Source: Phallusia mammillata
Lineage: Eukaryota
Assembly: GCA_965637545.1 (NCBI GenBank)
Contig: OZ281495.1
Coordinates: 24,738,001-24,802,000, forward strand
Reading direction: 5' to 3'
Length of the DNA: 64,000 nt
Shown in pieces: positions 51,501-63,500 of the stretch. The notes under the pieces were generated by a model. That model searched no databases, was not told where the DNA came from, and was given only the letters and a program-made list of their open reading frames with translations. A program made the translations under genes and the position numbers. Each line of letters begins with the position of its first letter. The first letter of the stretch is position 1.

Positions 51501-54500
51501 GGTTCTGATTCTGAATTTGATATAAATGTTACAGTGAAAACGCCTAGTTGAAAAGCCTTTTTTGGTTTCGGTGATCGAAAATCACTTTATGATACAATTC
51601 ACTGTTTGTCTAATACTCGAGGAGCTGATATTATTAAGTTGGTACTATTTTATATAACCTACGCGCTTGTAACTTATTTCCAAACCCAAATATATTTCCC
51701 AAACAAATGAAATTTGAATGTTATACCTCGAATTTAAAAATGGAATCATTAAGCTCGTTGCTTGGTGAAAGAAGACTATAATGTCTGAAGATTGTTCATG
51801 GTCGTTCGAAAACAAATTGTTCGTATTTGAGATTGTAACATACATATATATAAATTTCGCCGTAATCACATACAATCTTATAAGGGCCAATGACTTTTTC
51901 ATGAATTTTTCCCTTTTTCCGTGGACCAAAATCTGAGAACCACATGTATCAAATATTTACAGATAAAATACTTCGGCAACTTGTACGCAAACATCGCTGA
52001 GATTCAATGCAGTTGTGCGAGAATTGAAAGTGGCGGCAAATTCCATTTGGACGGACGCGGACACAAGGCTGAAGAAGGGCCTGGTGCTGGACGAACAGTT
52101 AACGGTGGGAGCAATTTAAAAAGAAACCCAAAAATACCTTTGTTTTAGATTCAACACTATTGTTAACGTTTTTTAACATTCCACTTGTGATCTGATTTTA
52201 TCATCGATTTGTTATGTTTGTTTTTATAGGAAACGGTCTCGGTGCAGGACATGGCGGTCAGGGAGGTGGCGTTGATGTTACAAATCCACCAACTGCTTAC
52301 GACTCAGTGTTTACGCCAAGTCTGCCAGGAAGCGGGGGAGGTAAGAAAAAATGCTGTTTCGCCAAAGCAATTCTCAATAATCTTAGTCTTGGAACCGAAA
52401 TCAATACCACATACGTGTGCAAAAACCGTACAATACATTTCATAAATGGAGCAATATATGAGACAAGAATAAAAATTTTATACCAAACAGTATTTTTTTT
52501 TTAAATCAAGAATTTAAAATTTATACCAAGGCGTTATTTTTTGCCAAAACATCTTACTGTTACATTTGGCTGTTCACTAAACCCATTGAAAATTTTGACT
52601 AGTTTCAGGCTTTAAAAATTTGTGTATTTATTTTACTGCCTGATTCTAATAAAATCTGATGAATAATTAACAAATTAACATATTTATTCAACGCACATAC
52701 ATGAGTTAGCATATAAGTCAAATTCAACTTCAACTGTAAACCCACTGCAAATGAACTTTATGACTTTGCGCAAGGTCATGCAAGTTGCTGGGACAAGTCA
52801 GGCATAAACACAAAATAAATAAACTTATTAAAATCAGTGAGGGGCAAACTAATGCCAACAACATGCTGAGAATAACAACCTCAAAACTAGATTAATATTA
52901 TTAACTTATCTCAGGTAATGGTCTCAGTGGAAACAACATAGTGGACCAGGGTGGATCAGGTGGTGGCTACTTACAGTGGTTTGTCGGAGACCTGATTGAA
53001 ATGGACGGTTGGCTTGCGTTGCGAGGAGAAAACGGACAAGGACAAAACTCTGGAGGAGGATCTGGCGGAACTGTGCTCATCAAAACCTTTAATATGACAG
53101 GTTTGTTACGTTTTTAAGCTTTTTTAGCATTTATTCTACCCGTCTTGCATTGAGGCAGAGATTATCGAACTTGTAAAAACGGTCAAAAGGCTTAAATTTT
53201 CGAGAATGTTTTTACACGTATAGTTCGTATTCAAACTACTGCATATGGTTGGTTTAAAGCAGTGCCTTTTTCAAATTTTATCGAACAAGGAGCTTTTCAA
53301 GCTATCTGTACATAACTCTCCAAATCGCGGAAATCTCTCGAATTTCTTCCTTCTATCGCATTCTTTGTTGTAGTAACGCTATACACGGACTTTGTTGTTT
53401 AGTTCGAGACTTTTGCCAAACCCCTTTTTGAGGTTTACCAAGAATCAAACAAGGTTAAGGATAGGTTTTAAATCTTACAATCAATACAATACATTTTTTG
53501 CCCAGGACACGGTTTGGTTGACGTACGTGGCGGAAACGGTGGAAGCTCGCAAGGTGGAGGAGGAGCTGGTGGAAGAATCGCCATCCACTGCACGTAAGGG
53601 ATCTACACATAAGTACAGTATTCAGTACCAATTGTATTTGTTCCCTATCATGTTTGTTCTGTCAATCCGCTTGTTTGGCTTCTGTTGGTCTTAGGTTGCC
53701 AAGATTTGCACTTAAATCTATTTTTACGCAATGCTTCAATAATTTCCAGCCCGGGGTTCTCTACCCCTAAGGGTCTGTGGGATGGTTTTAGGGTTTTTTT
53801 AGAACAAAAAACATATTTCTACAATAGCTTTAGGTAAACTCTGCGTAAAGGTTCGTAAACCCAATAATTAAACTTGAATTTAAAAATGCTACCAAAAGAT
53901 TTAGGGAGCACCCAACTATTTGCATGAGTTTCTAGTTTATTAATCAGCTATTTAAAATGACCTATTTGAAAAAGCATAATTAGCCAAAAATGTGCATTGA
54001 TTTGTCAAACACCATTAACTCACGGGGCAAGTTTACATTAGGTACCGCTACTCGTATGGAGGATCCTTCCTTAATCGTGGAGGCGCTGGTGGAAACAGCC
54101 CAGAGAGCAGCTTCTTATCCGAGAACGCTGGTGAATATCAGGACACTGACGCCATAAACATCGTACACGACCCACTTGGTGGCGCTGCCGGCTCTTCGTA
54201 TGTCGAGGAAAACTTGCGACCGCCTCAATACAGAATCTTGAAATACGATGAGAACGCGAATACAACTTATCTGCAGGTTGATCACATGTAAGTACAGTTT
54301 GAACACGTTGCATTAACGAATGAATCACATTAAGCAAAAATGATTCAAAATAATTTTCCGCCAAAATCTTTTTTTTCTGTGTAAACCCCATTTATTAAAA
54401 AAAAACTTACATTCGTTAAAAACTTTCCGAAAATTCAAAGACTATTGATCTACGCTGTTGCTGTTTATGGTATTGTATTAGAATTCTGTTGGTAAAAATT

Positions 54501-57500
54501 ATATTTCAAAGGGTAAAATTTATCGATGTTATCCTACAAAAGTAACCAGACATGAAAAGCCAATACCCAACTTCTTGCCTTTTTTTTAAAAGTATTTGCA
54601 TGCGAACATGCAGGTTTATACATTCCATGAATTTCACAGGTATGTTCATGTGGACAACGAGGGTATCTTGGTACCTGTTGCTTCAGTGTTGATGAACAAC
54701 GAAGCCATCTACTACGAGATCGACGAAATGCATCTTACTGGTGCTGCTCGCCTCATCGTGGAACAACCATCATCAACTAACGAGACATCGGCTGAAGCTC
54801 CCGATGACCTAGGTAGAACCGGTCAATTGGTCAATGTGGTCATTCATAAGTTCCTGGGTGACAAGACAGGCAAAATGCATATCCGGCATAATCAGGTAAC
54901 GCTTTTAATCATGTTAGGTGTTATAACAAAGCATGTCCGTTCCTGGGGTTTGCATTATCGCAAGTATATTTAAACGGAATAGGTTGTGCGCCCATTACTG
55001 TGTCTTTTTTATTAATCGTTTTTTTTAAATGAATGTTGTAAATGTTTAAATGTTGTTTTTGCTTTCCTCCTATCCCAATGAAATTAAAACGGTTTGGGAA
55101 TAACGGTTTTGTAAGGTATTGTAAATTTACCATTTGTTCTGTTGCTATATTTGACCCAGAGTTCGGGCCAAAACAACGGAATTACGATCTCTAATCCCCT
55201 TTACTAAATCCTTGACCGGTTGAGAAGTTCTGACTCTACAGTTTAATCTGTTTGCAGGTGGTTCATGTAGAAGTGAAAGAATCGACGAACAACAGAACAG
55301 AGGCTCCTTGTAGTTTCTTGGTCGATGAAACAGCTGAAATCGAAATGCCAACTGAAGTTCACTTCCAGGGTGTCGACACCGACATACATGGTAAACAGTG
55401 CTACACGTGGCTTTTTGAATTACATTTTGAAAAGCACGCATCAAATTTTTCTCTTCGAACTTTAAAACCTATTACAGACTCCAGGTAATCGCATATTTAA
55501 CTTCCAAGCTTCTTTAAGACATCAACCGTACTATCCCTTTAAGCGGACATAACAAGGGTTAGTCTTCAGGTTCACACTCCTCATGCAATTAAACAGCTTG
55601 TGCGATAAAGTGATCTGCAATTAACCGGATGCGTCTCTATTAGTTTCCTAAAATGTGCGGTTGTTTGGATGTCACAGTTCCCAACGTTGCCTTTGTGTCT
55701 AGGTTTTCAATCCCTCCTGATAAATCACTAACTTAACCTCGTCTTCGACAGGTACAATGACCGGAGTCCATTCGATGTTTATCGAAAACCTGGCACAAGT
55801 TCACTTCACTTGCACGTCGCGTACAGCCCTCAAGGTTGCCGGAATCTACCAAATCGTTACAGACCAGGGCAACTTTACCGTGAGCGTGGCTGACATCAAA
55901 TATGGAGGTTCCCTCAACTTCACTGATCAGTTCGAAGATGATGGCAGAGACATGCTTGTTACCATTCCTGATTTGGAGATCAAACACACTGGAATTATAC
56001 TGCTTAGAAATAGGGCGACCATCGACAGTGGTTTGGTGGACTTGGAGAGTCAAGCCTTTATTACTCTGGATGGAACCGGTTATGAGGCCGGTATGGGACC
56101 CGGAGCAGGTGAAAGTAGCTCATCTGGGGCCACAGGGGCAAGTCATGGCGGCGCAGGAGGACACTTGGACAATGGTAGGTTTGGTTAATAATAAGAATAA
56201 TCCAAATCCTCCGGTGTTATAAAAATACGTTATACAGTCCGTGACAACTTGCTCATGGTTGCTTGTTTCAGATTTTTTTTTTTTGGAGATTTGTAAAAAG
56301 AAACTTTATGTGTTTAGAAATTTGGGATAAACACCGGTGTTTTTTCCACTTTGTTAAATGTAATTCGCCCACATACGGTCTAGAATTGCAAAAAAAAGGT
56401 TTAATTTTTTATCATGCTATTAACACAAAATTTTGAATGAAAAAGCCATACTCACTCAACTGAACAAGAAATGAATATTTCAAACCAATGTACAATACCA
56501 GCTAGTCAAAGTCCTCTTTTTCGGTCGTTTCTTAATCCACAGTAAATGTAATACGAATACCGGTCAATTTTGTTTTAGCAATGGCAGTTAGCAATTCTAT
56601 GAACGATACTCACGACACAACCGCAATCTACCACGGATTCTACGGATCTGTCTTCACTCCAACAACCAAAGGAAGTGGAGGAGCTGGACCTCATGGAGGA
56701 CTCGGAGGAGGATCTCTGATCATGAAGGTTATTGTTTTATCTTCTTATCTTGCAAAAACACAGAAATTTAACAATAGTTGCAAATTGACAACTCGTGAAA
56801 GAAACGGTTACCAATACCATGCAAGTATATGCACTATACATAAACATTCTTTGCTAAAAGTCTTAATTGGTAACTGTTTTTTAGAACTTGAAACAGTGTT
56901 TAGGCGTTGTGCAAATCAATTAAATACTTTCGATAGGTCATGTGTCAAAAATAAAGTATGTTTCATGTTACTTAAAAATCCTATCGCTGAAAACCACTGT
57001 ACTCCTCCCTTCACAAGGAACAGATTAATTTCATCTTGAGTACATTCCTAACTTTTGTCAAAATAGGTGGGAAAAACTTTGCACCTCGACGGCTTGCTCT
57101 CCTCACACGGAACCCATGCTACTGGTTCCAGCTCGAGCGGTGGATCAGGAGGCAGTATCCTTATCGAAGCGACCAACTTTACCGGCCACGGAGAGCTCTC
57201 AGTGCGTGGTGGCGACGGCATGGGACACAACAACGACATTGCAGGCGGCGGAGGCGGTGGTGGTCGTATCGGAGTGCATCTTCGCCACCAGAACAACTAC
57301 GGTGGAAAATACACCACCGAGGGAGGTAGTGGCTATGTCGGGTCCTCGGCTACTTTAGCGGAACCGATAGACGGATCGGCCGGCACGCTGTACAAGTATG
57401 AGTCGCGACGTGGGCCGCAGTACAGGGAGCTCAAATACGGCGTTGAGAATGTTACCAGCTTTAAGCCGCAGCATTCCCTCTTGAAGATAGATGCTGGCGC

Positions 57501-60500
57501 GAGGACTGGCTTTACAGGCGAAGCTGGACTCACCGCTCTGCCCACCATGGTCATGGAGGACGCAACTGAGTTTTATGAATTCGATGAAATCCAACTGCAT
57601 GGTGTAGTCAGTGTGCTGTTCTACCACCCCACTGTAAGTAGTGGCAAATATTTGTATATTCAAGATACTATGTCGTTATAAATGTTCCCTATAGGCAAAG
57701 TATGTATACCAACGGGCTAGTGTTGCTAAGTTGGTAGCATATCATTCCCTAAAAAGCTTTTGCGTTAGTTCGAACTGCATTTTAAACTAGATTTTTCGTG
57801 CAGGTTTGCGTTTATAACGACTTGATTCGGTATAATGCCTCTTTCAGCCAGACTCGTTTTGCTTATAAAATCTGCATCATGACATTAACGTGAATAAATT
57901 GCTTTGTTTTTGCAGAACACTGACACTGTGGATATGGTTGCCCATGAACTGACCGGCGACAAGCAAGGTATCATCACCGTTCGAGATCGACAAACGCTTT
58001 ATGTACATTACGTCGAATCAACACACACATTCCTTGACGCTCCATGCAGGTTCGTACAAATCAACGTTGATTACTACGTTTACTAAAGACGTTTCCCAAA
58101 TCGTTCAGTAAAAATGGGTTTAACTTGAATTTCTTTTTTTCAGCTTTGACATCAGCGAAGGAGGTGAAGTTGTTTTGCCGACCACCGTGATCTTACTTAG
58201 TCGAGTCACTAGATTAGCTGGCAGAATGACTGGTGTACATGAACTTGTGGTTGAGAAGGACGCAATCCTTTATATCATCGGATCAGCACAAACTAGCCAG
58301 GTTTGTCTTTAACAACTTTTTCAGATACTTTATTATGTGTTTTTTTTACTCGATTGCTAAAGTTTTACAAACATTATGACTGCACTAATAACAATTTCAC
58401 AGAAATACTAGTTGAACGAGAAAAATAACAGCCCTGATTGACCTAAAAAGCGACATGCTTTATTAATCAAACAGTTTAGTCAAGCGCTAACGCGATCACT
58501 GGTTATATGAGGGGTCACATCAGATACACCCGTTTATAAACACTTGCGTCACATAACATATTGATAAAAGTTGCAAAACAAGCGTTGCGTAAAAATGTCG
58601 TTTTTTAAGTCTATGTGGGCCTGTTTTTTTTCCTCATAAAACTTATGAACAGATCCGCGTATAGTATTCCGGTTAATTTGGATTTAGGAAAAATGGTACA
58701 AAACTCTGTTGTGTGTTTTTATTTGACAGCTATTCGACAAATCGAATCCATACGACAAACGTCGAACTGGTGTGCAAGTTCCAAGCACGCTGCTAATGGG
58801 AATCCTGACAATTAACAACAAGGGACATGTTCTATCAAGACTCCCAGCTACAACACCAACAGACACTTTTATCCCGACTTTTAACGCCGCCCAACTTACA
58901 CTGAAGAAGGGAGGTTTGTTCACATCAGAGACAAGAAGACTGAGGTTCGAGAGCAGCTGCACTTCGATTGAATCAGGTCAGTTTTACGAGGTTGGTCATC
59001 GAGACGTTGTAAGTTCGAATCCCAACGTTGGTTCTAGTGCCAAAGATTCGTTTTATAGTAAAAGTCTGTAAGTTGAACCTATAGTTTGTACACTGCTGTT
59101 GTTGTCATGCTGAACTGGAACTGTGCCAATTAATAGGCGAATAAGAATAATAAATTGGAGAAACATCATTTTGAATTTAAAATAAATATATTTCGCCTAT
59201 ACCGACTTGATGTTTTAATAAATTGGAAATCAATAAGCAAGGTTCATTGAATCAAATTTATAAAGTTCTTCTGGCAATTGTAGGTTCATTGTAGTCTTTA
59301 TCCACCAAGCAACGAGCTGGGAGATTCTAGTTTGAAGTTTAAAGTGTACAATAAGTTTGGAGTGTTTTCTTGTTAATATAAAACATATAAAATGAATGAC
59401 TTGCTTGAGACATATCAACCCTGCCGAGTAGATAACTTTCTTTGTTTTTTTAGGTGCTATCTTATCGGCTGACAAAGCTGGTGATGGACCGAACACTGGA
59501 CGTGGCACAGGAGTTTGTGGATCTTATGGATGTTCTGGAGGTTCTTATGCATCCAGCGGTGGAAGCGGATACAAAGTTTCGCCAGTCGGAATCAACAAAG
59601 TTCCTTACGACTCGATTTTCCGACCCTTGTCGCCTGGCAGCGGCGGCGGAGGTAAAAAACAAAATGTCAAATGTTAATATCTAGCAGACGTACAACCCAA
59701 ACTTTAAAATGCCTGGCTTTGTATGCACCTTTTCAGAATATTGCATTTCTTTGAAATGTTTTAGTTTTGTATTTTGGCCTATGCGTTTGTGTGGTTCCAA
59801 TTTGCAACATCTTTTTTTGGTATTACAGTCATAGTTTAAAAAACATTGCACGTATCAGTGGTGCAACCAGCGTTAAATAAGGGAAGTGTGTAATAAACTG
59901 CCAATATATTTCTTTGCCCCAAAACGCTTGCATTCGCCAATACTTGAAGTTGCTATAAGACAACGGTTCCCTAACTGGGTTTGCCTGACAGTTTGCCTGG
60001 ATGGTTCCCAACTTGTTTTAGGCCAAGAACTACTAGCCCAAATTAAGTCAACTCGACTACTTCATTGTTGCGAAAAAATACAGTCAATTTCAATACATAC
60101 CCTAACTAATTTTATCTTTGGGGTCACCGCAACTTGGCAAATGTTATCAAGGGGTCACGGAAAGGTTGTGAACCGCTGCTCTAAGAAGTTTGATTCAGAC
60201 AGACATAAATCTACTTCCATGGTCCGTGTTACAGTACTTTGTTACTCGGCCTATATCTTCGAATGTTTTCATAGGAACTGTTGGAGGACGAGGCGGTGGT
60301 CACATTGACATTATAGTGGGTGAGAAGTTTGTTATGGATGGAGAGTTGTCTTCCAGAGGAGAAGACGCAAGATCCAACACTGTCTCAAGCTCCGGGGGTT
60401 CTGGAGGAAGCATCGTAGTTGCAACTTCCACTTTCTCTGGTGTCGGAGCCTTCACCGTAAGTTGGATGTTTGTACGCAATGTTTCCACTTACACAACGTC

Positions 60501-63500
60501 GATTTACGTATTAGAACAGTCTTAAAAAGTTAGCATGAAGACAATTGTTAACTGAGAATGGTAAGTAACAGGTGTCAGTCAATGAATTTACACGGAATAT
60601 ATATATTTCTTGAGTTTCTTATTCAAATAGAAGATAAAGATTCCAGTTAGGCAATATATATATATATATATTCCATTGATTTACCTTGGAAATATCTTCC
60701 ATTCTCAGTTATTTATTCTCATAAACAGTGATCGTCAATGACCATGCTGTCTGTTAAACGGTCAGGTATTGTTCAGTATAATTACTCTTAGTGGACAATT
60801 GTGTTTTTTTTTCCTTTTTTACATGTATATGTTTACAAGTGTTCGAGAACAAACGGTTTCATTCAGGATGGTGCTTTACCATGTGTACTGTTTCTAAAGC
60901 TTTTTGGAGCCGATACGGTAGAGCATGTTAACAAATTTCGATACAACCCAAATAAAGTCTTTAATTCGAAGCATAGCAATTTTGAACAAAAAAACATTTA
61001 ACCAATTTGTATGCATGACACAAACTTATAGTCACGACACTTTTTGTACAGACACTAGGCGGCCGAGGATACTCTTGGACCAGTAACAACCAACAATACG
61101 GCACAGGCGGTGGAAGCGGTGGTCGCGTTGCAATGCACTTGTTCCTGAGAAGAAGCAACGTACGAGCCTCTGCATCGGCCGACGGCTACCAATTCCGTGG
61201 AACAACAACCAACCATGGCGGCACTGGATACGGATACGGGGCTCCTGGAACGCTGTACATCGAAGAAGGCTTTGGAGAGCTTGAAACCAGTCAGTCTGCT
61301 GCTGCTAACGATTCGTCTAGACGTCGACGCAGCACTGACAACACAGGTGAGATAAATCTTCACCCAGAAGGTTGCTTTAATTTGAAGCATGTAATTCGCT
61401 TTCCGATGACCGGCCTTTGGTGAACTGTTGTGGTTGATATACAACTTCATAACAAAGTTAAAATGAACATAAATTCACAACTAAGAGCAGCCCTGAATTG
61501 CTATGTGGACCAGCAATCACGGCACTCGTATGTAAATCACAGTACACCAGGTCCATTGAAGGCGTCATACCGAATCATTCGGCCACCAAGCATTTTCACA
61601 TGGCCAAGGCGTAGGCTAGAAAAAAATCTAGCCCGCGGTGGAATTCGAACCCGCGACAGGAGTCTTTTCGGGACTCGCGCTCTCCCAACTGAGCTACGTA
61701 AGCTCAGTGGTGAACCCGTTTGAATCAGAAGCACCTTTGCCTGGGTCGTATATTGCACATGTCAGCTTCGTAGTAGGAGATCGCCATCTACTCCTGTCAT
61801 TTAGTGAGATATTACATTGTTTTTTTAGACAAACGACAAATACTGGACCAAGAAGCTTATAAGATGCTGATCGTGGACAACGAGAACCGACAAAGCACCC
61901 AATACTGTGTTATGCTGGGCTGGTCAAACGACGAAGAAATCTATTCGCAGAATGACAACCGAACTTCCAGACTTAGGCTAGATGAACTGCGCCTGACGAG
62001 AAAAGGTTGCGTTTATCTGAGGAATTCCATAGACGTGCAGAGTACACCCAATGTTGCTCTGAGCGTTTGGAGAATGACTGGCGATCGTACGGGCCAAGTG
62101 TTAGTTGCCGACAATCAGATGATGATTGTGTCGACTGGAGAAGACCGAACTGAGATTGACAACAAGATTATTCTGTACAGGTAGTTGTACAACCTTTATA
62201 CGAAGCTGCATTGTTACCCTTTTAAAGTAACACTGTCTAGTGCTTAATCCTTCCTGGTGCATTTTAACACTAAAGTTGCCATATTTGTTTTTTTTTCAAA
62301 TATTTTAGGTCAAACTGACTAAAACAAATCTTTAAGAAACTAATGCAGTACTATATTTTTAAAGCATACTCTTGTTTCCAAAAAAAACACAGAGCCTCTG
62401 GACTACTTTTTGCAATGAATGAAAGCAAACCTTGTCAGCTAAAAAAATCTACATTAGATAATGACTTTTTCACAAAAACAATATTATCAGCTTTTGGAAC
62501 CCAACTAAACTCGGCAGAACCTAGCCTTAAACTCCAAATATCCATTTGTTTTCAGGGACGGCTTACTGAGACTTCCAATGTACACTCGTACGAACACATA
62601 CATGCAACTTAGCGGACACGCCGCTGGAGCTCTACACATGACTGTCGCTACAAGCACTGGAAGTTTGGATCTACAATCAACCGGTTTTACATCGACAAGC
62701 GAATGTTTGTTAAATACTAACAGCAGCAGCAACATCACGTGTGTGGTCACTGACGAGGAACGCGGCCAATATCGCTTCAGCACTCTCACTATGAGAGCGA
62801 ACTCCTATCTATACTCCGACAAGTCTGGAATTGTAAGCTTCGCAAACGGGTACAGGACCATGAACTTGAGTGTTTGCGAAAGGTCAGTCACTATTTTTGA
62901 GGCGTTTTACAACATTTTTTGATGATTGTGTCGAACTTGTCATGATTTGTCGCTTATTAAAGCACCACTGATCTTTGAAACGCCCAAATAGACACCTACT
63001 GGTTAATGTACCGTGTCAAATTTTAACAGTTTTATTGAAAAATTTTCCTGTTTTTTTAATGAATGTTAATTTAAGTTGAAAACCTCTGATTGTACCAGAT
63101 TTATTGTGGTTCTGTCGGGATAGAAGTTCCAAAAAACCGCTTGGTATTGAATTTTGTCTGTAGTCTCTGCCCTATGTAACATTATGTAACTTCTAAGAAT
63201 TTGCATAAAAAACTGTTTTATTTTCCGGCGCGTTGTACGAAAATTGGGTAAAATATACTGATTAAATTCCTTTGCTATCCAGATTTGACATTGATGCGGG
63301 AGCTCGGTTTAAAATTGGCGACACAATTCAAGTGAACAGTCACCAGTTTAAGCTGGAATTGGACGCTAAGATCGACGCTGACGTATCTGGATACGCCACA
63401 GGCGGTGGTAGTGGTGGAGGATACACGTGTAGCAGATGTGGTGGCGGAACTGGTGCTGGATACGGAGGAGTTGGTGGTATAGCTGACGGGTAAATGTCTA

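Noticed and set aside
60593-60674. Inverted ggaatatatatat/atatatatattcc as a TIR element
   Set aside because: It is explained by (TA)n microsatellite self-complementarity, and no TSD is visible.
61620-61715. Bona fide tRNA gene (Phe-like GAA loop) on the minus strand
   Set aside because: No complete acceptor stem, C instead of U33, and it is followed by the same tail as six other dispersed copies, so it is a SINE head.
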